Source of the DNA: Selaginella moellendorffii
Lineage: Eukaryota; Plantae; Lycopodiophyta
Direction of reading: 5' to 3'
Assembly (NCBI RefSeq): GCF_000143415.4
Contig: NW_003314294.1
Span: forward strand, 1,230,416 to 1,294,415
Length of the DNA stretch: 64,000 bases
This document shows positions 1-11,581 of this stretch, piece by piece (the stretch's first letter is position 1; each line of letters starts with the position of its first letter). The position numbers and the translations under genes are program-made. The notes under the pieces are model-generated. The model saw nothing but the letters and a program-made list of their open reading frames with translations, did no database searches and had not been told where the DNA came from.

Positions 1-2019
1 CCCAACATCGTGCTCAGCCACATATGGATAATGAGAATTCTTCACACTTGGTGATGTCATCCATGACATGGTTGCTGGAGCAATATCATGAGAATGCAAC
101 TATGTGATTGTTCACCAAGATCCCAATGCCTAGCTCAAAGAGAGGCAGCTCCAACCCTTGCTACATAACATGGATGGTGCATGCAAGTGGCAATGGTGGT
201 GGCTGTGCCATTCCTTGTTGATTTTCTACTATTGATGGTGGTCTGGAACTCCTAGCAGGTCTTGATTGCTTCATGATGCAAACTCCTTGTTTCGGTATCT
301 GTGTTAGATGAGGAGGATTCACTTGCCATTGCAGTGTAGTAATCGAACTTGAGAAAACTTGCTATACATTATGAGGTCTGAAAACAACACTTTGTAAACA
401 TATGGGGTCCAAACTAGCATGCAAACATTGAATTGCTGCAAATGCCCAATGGTGGAACAAGTGAGAAGAACCATTCTTAGGATTCTGATGAAGACCTCCT
501 ACTGTGGATGTTGGTTTTGCCCTCAAATTGGCTCTATTAATGGCTAGGGCGATACTCTCCACTTTCAAGAAAAGAACATTGAAAGAAAATCTCTCTAACT
601 ATGTGAAAATGCCACTCAAACTTGTTGTCACATACAAGACAAAGACAATGGATTTGTATGGATGAAATTCACAACCAAATGGGCTTGGACTCAAAAAAAT
701 GTTCTCTATGCATAGATAAAGAAAATCTAAAAATGCATTGTGCTTTACTCTCAAAACAATGGGAAATACTCACTCACAACAAAGTAGGATGTTATTCTCA
801 CTAGAAACCTCACTGGAAACTAGAGGCAAAAATCTATCTAGTATGCATAACAAGGCTGCTCATACAGTTTTCAGACTTCATATAGATTTTAGTGTGTTAA
901 GCTCTGTATAATTTTCTTATCTAATTTCAGATAAATATTTATAGTTTTTTTAAAACTCTGGTGCAGCAATACATGTTTTCATATGGTTATTTTACATAAT
1001 TTTTTATAACTCATACAGTGTACAGTTTTTCATATAATATAGTTCAATAATATATTGTTCGATCCAGTTATCCAAATAGTTTTCTAAAGCTTATTCACTA
1101 TATGATTTTCAATATAGATTATAGTGTAATTAATCCATTGGAAAAGTAAACTAAGTTAGTAAAAGCCATAACATAAACTAGTAGTACACACCTCATAAAA
1201 TGCCTACACTCTAGCTGAAGTTATTAAACATATTAAATCTGAAAACTAAGTATTAAAACCAGTACAAAATCTATATAATTATACATATGTGTTAGTCACA
1301 AAAGAAATACTTACCTTTACCAGTCTATGAAGCAATGAAATCTTTTATGTTTGATAAGCTCTATTTGCAATACTATTTTCCTAATTTTTCTAAGTTTTAC
1401 TAACTTTTGGCTTCATATGTACCTCCACACTTCACTGATACTTCTTGTCCCCTAGTGGATATCTTGTATCCAACTACATCAACTTGAAAACTCATAGTGT
1501 GTGGTAGGTGGCATTATATTCAAACATGAAAAAGATTAAAACATCTTTATATTAGAAAGACTAAAACTTACTAAATCATTTCACTCTATAGTTTTGAACC
1601 AAAACTCATATCTATATGAGTTTTTGAAATTTTAATATTCACTTTCATAAAGTTTAATCTTAACCATTACTTAGAATTGTGGATCAATTTAAAACTTTTG
1701 TATAACATCATAAGTTAGCTATTTTTGTTGCATTTTTTTTAAGGATTTAGGGTTAAGATTTAAAGTGTTATATCTAGGAAGTAATTCCTTTCCAGCTTGT
1801 ATATGAAGACATTACTTATTAATGTTGCTCATGTAATCATGGAATGAGATTTAGATATACTATCATCATGGATCTTGGGGATAAACAGAGATAAAATAGT
1901 CATTAATAGTTTTTTCGTCAAGCAATTTCTCATTTTCCAATTGGCTTAAGGTGCTTCTTAGAAAGCTCTGCCATAGTGAATCCAATATCCCCTTTACTAT
2001 ATAACATTTCACCTCCTTT

Positions 2020-2510
2020 TACTATGCCATGTAGATTCCATTGCATTATGCCTAAGTGAGAATCTAGCAAGCTGCAAAAGAAGCAAGAAAAAATTACTTA
2101 ATAAAATTGCTTAGGGATGCCCTTTTGCCAATGGCTGACTGTGAGCTAGAAAGAAAGCTCTTCAAAACACTCTAAAGCTCATAAAAAACAAAATGCAATA
2201 TCACTAGCACTCACAATCTCTTTATTGTTCGTTAAAATAATTTTAAAAACACTTTTAAATGCCTTTAAACATTATTAAATGCTTCAAATAAAGCCTACCC
2301 TTCTTTATTGTCACCCTCCTTTTTATAGCCAACTCTCCCATAGATTTCCTCCAAATGTTTATTATCCTCTAGTGCAAATTCTCCTCCCATATCTCTTAGG
2401 GAATATCCACACATCATCCCACACCTTAGATGCCATGTTGATCAAACATGAATTTGATTGTTTCCAAGGTTTGGACAACATAGTTTTACTGCCCTACCAC
2501 CACCTCGGAT
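2020..2510. repeat. Degenerate LTR-like direct repeat, copy 1 (runs into the assembly gap)
   Basis: Colinear similarity to ~6105-6510, e.g. 'gagaatctagcaagctgcaaaagaagcaagaaaaaattactt' vs 'aagaatctagtgagttgcgagagaagcaagcaaaaattactt', and 'gtttccaaggtttggacaaca' vs 'gtttccaagatttggacaaca'. Boundaries are approximate. Confidence 0.7.
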
Positions 2511-2610
2511 NNNNNNNNNNNNNNNNNNNNNNNNNNNNNNNNNNNNNNNNNNNNNNNNNNNNNNNNNNNNNNNNNNNNNNNNNNNNNNNNNNNNNNNNNN
2601 NNNNNNNNNN
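2511..2610. other. Assembly gap (100 N)
   Basis: Run of exactly 100 n. Confidence 1.
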
Positions 2611-5600
2611 GATTTTTATACTTACTTCTTTTTGGGAATCTTTGGGCCCATTCAAGATTCCTTCTATTCCAACATCCTCCTAATATTGTTTCCCCTACCC
2701 TTATTTTGGCCATCTACTCAAAGATGACTCCATCTCCTACACTTGCTCCTTGGTTGTCTTCCTTAGCTCAAATAAAGCTTTTGCATCTTCTCAAATATCC
2801 TTAACCTTGCCTTTTAGCTTTTTGGTGGTGTCCTTTAAGTCATTTCTTAGGTCCAACTCCTCCCTAGAGAACTCTTCAAGCTCTTGCATAGACTCGTCTT
2901 CTTCTATTACTTCCCTTCATACCTCTTAGCAAGCCTTGTATTCTCTAGCACTAAAGAACATTCATACCTATTTTTTGAGCTCCAAGATCTTCATCTCCTG
3001 TGGTGAAGTCTTTTCCTATAGCTCATTCTTCAAGGATCTAACTAACTTAATTGCCTCAATTAGCTTTTTTATATTCATGGTTGTTCAAAGTTGCCATGCC
3101 ACCAACTCCTGCAATGCATGGCTCTCCTCCAGGATCTGATTATTCTTCTGAACATTTACTAGTGTGTTTTTAAATCAGGTGTTAAACTCCACAATATGCT
3201 ATTCCAATTCTGACTCTCATTGTCCATATGCCTTCACCAAATGTTGCACAACCTTTAATAGTTTTTGGTTCTCATCATGAAGTTGCTGCACATTAGTGAC
3301 TTGCTGTATGGTATTCCTAATGGCTAACTCTATTAACTCCTTTTGCATCTTTCAAATCATAGCAAAATACCTTTTGTCTCATAACCAGACCTAGATTGCC
3401 ATAAGTTGGGTTCTATACACCTAAGGCAATAGCATATCTTCCTAATATCTCTAGATCACCAACTAAGGATAGAATGCCTCCATCTCTAAGTATGCCTACA
3501 AAATTTTTGCAAATTAGCTATAGAAGAAACTTGTTGTTTTTATACATAAAAGGTCAAAGTCCAAATAACCTCTAGTAGCTCCTATTTCTCATTTTAGAAA
3601 TTGTCTTTAACACATTTAATGGTCAACTTTGCTAGTTCATTCTTTAGCAACCAACTCTTCTTATGGCCCAAGTAAGGAATTTTAAAGCCCTTTTTATGAA
3701 TTTTTTTTATTCCTCTTTTTAGAGACTTCTTAGTTTCATCATTCTTCACACTTGCTTCTAATTTACTTTTCTTTATAAGGAATGGTCCTTTTTTGCTACC
3801 TTGCTCATACTAAACAAAAATCCATCTACTAGGCTACCACTCTTTAGACTATGTATCCCTAAGTCTTCTAGAGGTTTGTGCCCTTACATTGATTTTTTCT
3901 TTCCATTATGCTTTTTTGAAGAAAATTTTAATAGAAAGGTGGAAAAGTTTTTTTGGATAGCATAAACGCATTGTTCTATTTTTGCCACCTTTAGGATGCA
4001 ATGCCAATTGCATCCTATATATCCACCTATTCCTCCTTGCATATTTGTTACAACTTTGCATTATTAATCATAAATTCCACCCATTTCCACTTGTAATGAA
4101 TTTTTATTCTTTACCACTCTTTGTGGCCATTTGAGACATATCCACCAAATTCTTAAGATGACCCTACCAATCTTTTCTAAACTACTCCAATGTCCCAAAA
4201 GGGAATTCCAAATGCCTTACCTTAGGAAACTATAAATCCCTAATCTAAGCATTCCTTGCCTCTTCCATAAATTAAATGTTAAATCAACCCACTTTTAGGC
4301 TAAAAGCTACATACTCCCTTCACTCAACTTTTTTGTAACAATTTCTTTTGCAATCTTTTTTTGGTCTACTGATTCTATTGCCTTGTTTGCCCTAGGAATC
4401 TCCATCTCATATAAACATTCTTAAAATTTGAACTCAACTACCTACCTGTGCATATGACTCTTGTAGAATATTCTTTATATGATCCCTTAATGGAGTCCTC
4501 AATCCCTCCATAAATACTCCTTGAGACACCAATCAATCATCATAAATGGCCCCAACTGCATTATAAGACAACTTAGGGCATCTGTAAAAGTTCAGACAGT
4601 TCCATTATTCTTCTAAGTCCTCATGGCAAGCTCATGTAAGAATCTTCAACTATTCAAATTGAGACAATGATCTCCAAACTTTCACTCAAACCAGTTGAGC
4701 CCAATCTTGCATCCTTTTGGATGCCCTAGGAATCTTCTTTTGAAGAATTCCACCAAACCCTAGTTAACCTAGTGGACATTGCACTTCAAGTCTATAGTAA
4801 AGTAGTGTAGGCTAACCAACTTTTCACTTATTTTGCTATAAAAAGGGTTTGCCAACCAGTCTTAATTCTCATCTAGTTTACCATCTCCTTTGAAGCTAGA
4901 CAATTTAAACTTGCTAGAGATAGTGGCATCTCATTCATATAGTATAACAAGACCTCATAATCCTGCAAATATCCTAGGAGGATGTATCAGTGGTCCTTTA
5001 TGTGTAGATGCTCCAAATATAGAGCTTAAGATAATTAGAACATGAAGATCTTCCTTTTGGTATTTACTCAATTTAATTCTTTTATGCCCTTACCAGAATA
5101 AAGGTTCCCTTATCAAAAGATCTAAAGGCATCCCTTAGGTCCCCTCAACCCCCTCAGTCACTAGCTGATTGGTCCCTAAAATGGATGTCTTGCCTCTTGG
5201 TCATGTTATCTTTGCATATGCCCTTGGGCTTTTAATATCCTCATTGCTAGAACTTTCTGAATGACTTGATGGTGGGGACTATGATTTTTGTCCCCTATGG
5301 TCATCACAACCAAATTTTCAAAGACATTCACAATTCCATCCACTTCTATTTGGAAGAACCTCTTATTGTGAAGCTATTCATCCTTTACCTCCTTTGCCAA
5401 ATTCTAGTTGAAATCCATGCCTTCTTCTTTTGTAAGGCTCTCTATCCCTATGGAAAGAAGTGAAATCATCACATAGCAACTCTCTTAGTCCGTTGCAAAT
5501 CCCCAATTTCAAAATTCTTCCTCATCAAAGAATCCAATGCTTGACCACCCTTTACAATCCTTTGAGGCCTTCTTGGCAGCTCTTGGAAAGCTCGAGAAGT

Positions 5601-5899
5601 CCCTAACATTTCTTCAAAGCCTCTTGATAATTGAGGTCTTGGTGTGGTTGTTATTGGTGACACCATTGTTTACAGATCTGTTGGAAGTTGGATAGAATCC
5701 TCTTGCCACTTCCTTCTTGGCCTGTTCTTCCTCACTGAGTATATTGCTCGAGTCTCCTCCAAGAATCTTTCGACCCTCTAGGAGTCGAGCTACCTTCTCC
5801 CATGTAGCAAAATACTCCTTCCTAAAAATCTTAGAGATTCTTTTACTGTTCCTGGAAAAAATAATAAATCTCTCTATCTAGTCACTCCCTACATGACAA
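2611..5899 (-). mobile_element. Heavily decayed LTR-retrotransposon internal region (gag-like)
   Basis: Lies between the two LTR-like copies and is CpG-depleted with many stops. The minus strand at ~4480-4530 reads VSQGVFMEGLRTPLRDHI, resembling the retrotransposon gag F-x-x-GL motif. No recognisable pol. Confidence 0.5.
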
Positions 5900-6510
5900 A
5901 TGTTAAGATATGTATTTTCTACTACCTTTTGATACTAAAGAGAAGGGAATAGTTGAACTCACCCTTATTGGCCCATGTCACTAATGGATATTCTCCTATA
6001 TGGCCAGTTGCAAGAATGCAAAAGCATTCATTTAGGTTTGCAATTATCCTTTAGCCACTTCAATCTAGTAGGGTCTCTGCTAGAATTCAGGCTAGGAGGC
6101 ATTGTGTTGCACAAATTCCACTGTGTTGTGCCTATGTAAGAATCTAGTGAGTTGCGAGAGAAGCAAGCAAAAATTACTTGATGAAATTACTAAAGGACAC
6201 CCTATTGCCAATGCTCAATTGTGAACTATAAAGAAAAGTCTCCAAAGCTCACAAAAAATAGAGTGCAATCTCACCACACTAACTTTAACTTTTAAACATT
6301 GTTAAATATTTTAGAAAAAGGGTCAGGCCCAGCTAACCTTTCTTTGTCATTGCCTTTGTAGATTTCCTTTAGATCTCTACTATCCTCTATTATAGATTTT
6401 CCTCCTAAACCTCCCAAGGAATATCCATACATCTCCACGTCACATCATGATTTCAACTGTTTCCAAGATTTGGACAACACAAATACAAACTACCTCCCCA
6501 CATGCACAAA
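5900..6510. repeat. Degenerate LTR-like direct repeat, copy 2
   Basis: 6105-6510 aligns to copy 1. Tentative TG...CA ends at 5900 (tgttaag) and ~6508 (tgcaca). Confidence 0.6.
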
Positions 6511-6639
6511 GACTTGGAATTGTTGGTTCAACCAAAACACGCACACTAAAACTTTCTGGAAACCAGAGAAGAAGAAAAAAATTTAGAAAAAGCTCCAAAA
6601 AAGGAGTACTCTCCCGGATATTTTTAATAGGGTTGCAGG

Positions 6640-9254
6640 ATGTGGAGGGCTGTCGGGATGCGCGGCCGATCGAAGGGAGTAGCACTGTCGTCGTTCCGGT
6701 ACTGGCTACGAGCTAATGAGCCGGTGGGAGCTGATTGGAGCGCCCATCCTCCAAAATGTGGCTACAGCACAGGCGCTCTGCCAGGTAATCAGACACAAAA
6801 TCGTCATGTTATAAGTTTCTCATATCAGATGCATATAGCAACAACTGGCGGCAGGAGGCGTCTTCAGAACTTCGCAATGTCCAGAAAGAATTTCAAGCGT
6901 TTCCTGAAAGCCAATTCGAGGTGGTGAAAGACGTCGATGGTGCAAGCTTCCTGAGGCTTCCCCAGTTTCTATGTGATGAGTGGGGCTACGGTACCGCAGA
7001 CTGCGAGCCTTTGCTGCTCAAGCGAGATTGCTACGACGTACTCTGCAGCAAAATCGATGGATTTTTCAAGACCCCGAGGGCCAAGTCTGTCGTTGTCCTT
7101 GGCAACCCTGGGATTGGTAAATCAGCCTACTGCGTTTACCTTCTATGGCACCTGGTCCAAGGTAATGCGGAGTGGAGCATGATCATCCTCAAGTACGCTG
7201 AAGGCTCAGGTCTCTTCTTTGTTTTCACAAAAGACGGGCAGGGAAATACTGTAGTCAACCTGAACCGTGACTCAGATGCTGTCCGTCGGCTGGTGAAGCA
7301 GCACAGGGGGAGAGTGTGGTATTTGGCGGACAAGCGTGTCCCAATGGTTCACTGGACCTTACCTGGTCACTGCCATTTCGTTCTGACCTGCTCTCCTGCC
7401 AAGGAGAACCATTTCCAGTTCAGCAAATATCCTGTCACGGCGACGTACTACCTTCCCGTATGGTCCAAGGAGGAGATCATGCAGCTGAACAAGGCCGTTT
7501 TCAAGCTGCCTGACCAAGACGTGCATGAAGCCTTCAAACTGTGGGGAGGGATTCCGAGACACGTCCTTGCAAATCGATCGAGATCGAGCGACATCCTTTT
7601 GTATTTTGCCATCAAGTCGGAAGCAAGACAAATGGTCGTAGACGTTCCTGGCAACAATGAGTCGATAGAGAAGGAAGAAGATTACCTCCAGGTCTACCAT
7701 TACGACGTGGACGTAACCAGCTGCGAGCTACATGATGTATTTGCACCGCTGAAGTTTGCATCTGACTTTGTGGCGGCAGGGGTGGCCAGACTGTTGCGGC
7801 CATCACTAATTGATAATATAGCTGGAGGACATGCTTCAGAAAAATTGCGAGCCTCTCTGTTTGATGCCTTCTTCCATTGTCTGCTGGAGCGGAATATTTC
7901 TGTGAGCAGCAAGGAAATGGATGAGCAAGGGAAATGGGGTCCTCTTCTCAACGAAGATCTTCCGTTGGTGCGGTTCGAGTTTGCACCGAAGTCGGTTGGA
8001 AACAATGCGGTCCTGCCATCGTTTATATTGGACTGCACTGTCGTCAGGCCCGAGTCCAGGAGCAACAGGAGCTGGGATCTTATATTAGGCCGAAGGGTTC
8101 TTCAAGCAACTGTGACAAGCCGTCGAGACGGCAAGAAGCTCGAGGTCACCGAAGGGCTTGTTGAAGCCTTGAGTTTCCTGAGGTGAGTCGGTCGCTTGTG
8201 TTTTTTCCTAGTGTCGATTCGGCTTCGTTTTTGCAGACGATGCTACGGTGATGGTACGAAGCTGGAGCTCATATACTTCGTTCCTAGGAAAATGTTCGAG
8301 TCGTTTACTCCCACGCTGCCTGGAGGCGTTAATGCCGTTTCGAGAGCCGAGGCTGTTAAAAGGTTCACGACCAAGCTGAACGTCAAAGTGAAAAAGATGT
8401 GCCTGCGTGTGGACCAGTCTCTTGCAGATGTTGCGACTTTGAAAGCTTTCAACTTACCCAACCTGTGAGTTGAGTAACAAGAGCATTGATCGATTGCTAA
8501 CTCGAGTTCATTTTCCAGAGCATCGCCCACTTGCCGTCTTGCACAGTTCACAGAGTCTAAGACGTTCGATGCAATGGGCCTTCGTGCCAGCTTGTTGCAA
8601 GGCATTTCGGACTGCGGTAAGCGTTTATTTTCTTCTCTTGTTCTCCAATCTAAACAGATTTGCATTTCTGTCTTAGGCTACAAGGTTCCGACTCCCCTCC
8701 AGCAAAGTGCCATTGCTGCTTTCTGCGCGGGCTTAAACGTCCTTAAGCAAGGCCCACGAAGAAGCGGTTGTACCACAGCACTTTGTGTCTCTGTACTTCA
8801 GAGAGTTGATTTGAGTCGGGGACCATTTCAGGCGGTGGTAGTCGCAACCAGTCGCAACGATGCGCTGCAGATCATGCGTCAGATGGTGGGATTGCGGTCG
8901 AAGGACGTGAATCTCAAGGTTCGTTGTTTCTCAAGTGATGGAGCTGAAGAGTGGCATGTTCTTGTTGGGACTCCGCCTGACGTTTATGAGGCGTGCAATC
9001 GTCTTCCTAAGGATTCTCTTGTCTCTCTCTCCGTACTGGGCATGGACGATGCTGACGAGATCTCAAAAACTTTTGGCCTGGAGGTAAGCTCGATTGCTAG
9101 TTGTGATGTTCAGTCTCACGATGCTTTGTTTCAGGAAGTGCGTCTCTTGGTCAGTTTGATGCCTGAGCAACGGCAGTTTGGCATCTTCGGGAGCACCATG
9201 CCTGCAGCTGTTCTGGATTTTGTTTCCCAGGAAACCAAGTGTTTCGTTAGCTGA
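6640..9254 (+). CDS. Crinkler/RHS-type P-loop NTPase + PD-(D/E)xK-like nuclease domain, fused to a degenerate eIF4A DEAD-box domain (spliced; may continue to ~10067)
   Basis: Predicted exons 6640-6784, 6829-8182, 8237-8464, 8519-8616, 8677-9083 and 9135-9254 all join in frame across GT-AG introns of 44-60 nt. NTPase motifs: VVVLGNPGIGKSAYCVYLL (Walker A), YYLPVWSKEEI, WGGIPRHVL. Nuclease motifs: LFDAFFH, PESRSNRSWD, LQATV, LIYFVP. These are followed by eIF4A-like TFDAMGLRASLLQGI..GYKVPTPLQQSAI..DDADEI..GIFGSTMP. Confidence 0.75.
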
Positions 9255-9293
9255 AATGATATTCTGGTAGCATGGAAATGTATCGGTCTCTTT

Positions 9294-10067
9294 ATGGACG
9301 AGGTGATAATATTCATAGTCTCAATTATAGACGATTCAAAGGCACATGACACTGCCCTCTCCCGCTGCTGGAACGTCGTCGACGATGCGAATGCAGCGCT
9401 TCCCTGGATCATGAGCAAGGATGGCAAGCACAGGATTCTGCTAGCTATGGACCTGGAAACCCGCGAGGGAGTCGCGCTCGTCATCGCCATGGCTGTGGAG
9501 CACTTTGAAGAGCAGTGTGATCCACAGGTGGAGGAGATTAGCGTCTGTGTCTTGAGCGTTTTTCACGTCATGACAATCGAGAAAGGCGATCTGAATCTCC
9601 TGGGCAGAAAGACGAAGACGAAGATCACGGCGACTCGCTCCACTGCGCTGCCGCTGGTTTCTCTTGGACGGCCATCTTTTTGTGCTCATTGCCAAGGAGA
9701 GGTGGAGGTGAAGCTCCAGGGATGGCTTCGATGGTCTAGTGAGCTACTTGAGGTGGGTTTCTTTGCGTTTATCCGATCTTTTGGTGTGACTCACAGGAGC
9801 AAAGAGGAAGATTTCATGGACATTAACATCTTAGGCCAGAGGTTTTGCAGCGCTCTTGAGACGACCGAGTGGTTTGAGGTGGCTCTGTCGCCTGGAACCA
9901 CAAAGCAGCGGCCAAGACAGGAAATCAAAGCCCAAATCTTTGGCAGTGGTAATTTGCCTCTCTGGTTTACGTGTTCAGAATTAGTCCTTTCTACAATCAA
10001 ACCACATTTTTTTACCAGTATGAAAACCCTAAATTTTAAATTTCCCGCTAAACCTAAGCTCCACTAA
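9294..10067 (+). CDS. Uncharacterised coding segment, possibly further exons of the upstream fusion gene
   Basis: 257-aa ORF in the same frame as the upstream exon, separated from it by a single stop at 9252. Coding-like composition with an intron-like stretch at ~9753-9797. Confidence 0.45.
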   Translation: MDEVIIFIVSIIDDSKAHDTALSRCWNVVDDANAALPWIMSKDGKHRILLAMDLETREGVALVIAMAVEHFEEQCDPQVEEISVCVLSVFHVMTIEKGDLNLLGRKTKTKITATRSTALPLVSLGRPSFCAHCQGEVEVKLQGWLRWSSELLEVGFFAFIRSFGVTHRSKEEDFMDINILGQRFCSALETTEWFEVALSPGTTKQRPRQEIKAQIFGSGNLPLWFTCSELVLSTIKPHFFTSMKTLNFKFPAKPKLH

Positions 10068-10096
10068 ACGCTCTTTAAACGTTTATTTGTTTTGGA

Positions 10097-11491
10097 TCAT
10101 AGCTCGATGTGGAAGCCTTCCACCTTGCGAGCTACATCCTCGGCACTGACAGTGATTTTCGGCGGTGCGCTCCCGCTTTCTTCAGCGCCACCAGCGCCGC
10201 CACCACCTCCACCGCCACCGCCGCTTTCACCAGTCTGCCATATGCGAATCGTCCCGTCCTCGGAGCCCGACGCAAACGATTCACCGCCCGGTGAGAATCG
10301 CACGCAATGGACCGGCCCGTGGTGACCCTTGCAGCATTCTGGAGAGAGAACAAACAATCCAGAGTTCCAGGCTGAGAGAGCAGTAAAGGATCACTTTGCT
10401 TACCAATCTCTTCCCCGGTGTAGAAATCGAACACTCGCACCCACATATCATCCCCTCCAGCCACGAACTTCCCCAGGGCCGGGTATAGCGACGCCGACTC
10501 CATTGGCCGAGCCATGGTAAACGACTTTACCATGCCAAAGCTTTTGACACACAACAAAAGAAAGAAAGAATGAATGAAGGAAACGCGAAGGATAGACTAG
10601 CTTACTGATTGGCATCCCAGAACTTGACGCTGTTGCCATCCGCGGTTGTGATGTATCGGCCGTCGCGGCTGACCTCGACACTCGTGCACGGGGACTTTGT
10701 CTCGAGCTGCCGGACTGTGGTTTTCGTTCTTACGTCCCACAACCTGGAAACAATTCTTCCCATCATCTAGAGACGAAACCGAGAAACTTGCTTACCGCAC
10801 GCTGCCAGTATCGTTACACGAGCTCAGAATGGTTTGGTCACTGTGGTGCCATACCGCTGATCTTATGGTGCTTGTCAAGCCTTCCATCTCTGTTGGAGCC
10901 GCATCTGGCCTCTCCAAATCATAGATCCTAAGGATCTTCTCTTGACCACCTGTGAGCAAGAGTGTCGTGCTCTGGTAATAAAAAGAACAAGGAAAAAGAA
11001 AAAAAAGAGAGAAAGAGAAGAGTTTTTGAGTGGTCTGTGAGAGCAGCATTTACCTCGGAGAAAGCACACGTTCGAACGATGTGCTTGTGCTCGAAAGAGT
11101 ACAATTCATCTCCCGTCAGAGCGTCCCACACTCTCCTGAGGATCTGGAGTGAGACACAAGAAAAGAGGGGGGAAAATCCGGCCACTTACGCACTAAAATC
11201 GGCAGAAGCGGTGGCTGCTCTCAATGCGGGTGTGTCGAGGCAGGCAGCCCACACAGCACCCTTGTGTCCCTCGAACGTTCCAATCCAATCGCCAGTGCCC
11301 CCATTTCTTAGCATTGGCTTTCCATCTGTGGCAGCCGCAATTGAAACCAAGAGATCGCGAGAGAAAGATCTACCTTTGCTGGCGCTGATGAGGAAGAATC
11401 CATCAGCGGTGACAGGGCTGTAAAAGAGATCGACGATCGGGCGGGAGTGGCCGTGGCAGACTAGCGGCACCTGTGCCTTGCGCTTCTCCAT
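10097..11491 (-). CDS. WD40 protein, STRAP/UNRIP (serine-threonine kinase receptor-associated protein) homolog
   Basis: [87 protein letters not shown]; multiple short introns. Confidence 0.93.
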
Positions 11492-11492
11492 G

Positions 11493-11506
11493 CCCTAAAC
11501 CCTAAA
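11493..11506 (-). promoter_or_regulatory. Telo-box/telomere-like repeat directly upstream of the STRAP start
   Basis: ccctaaaccctaaa sits next to the ATG at 11491. Confidence 0.6.
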
Positions 11507-11581
11507 TCGCAAAAAAGTTTTAAAGACAAAGAAGAAGCGAAGAACCCTTTGTGCTATTTACAAAAGCTTTGCGAGATTTTG

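Noticed and set aside
1-600. Coding-like minus-strand sequence
   Set aside because: Multiple stops and no recognisable motif; probably decayed TE but not assignable.
840-1330. Possible MITE with inverted motifs (cagttttcaga / tctgaaaact)
   Set aside because: The matching motifs are not in mirror order, and no clear TIR or TSD is present.
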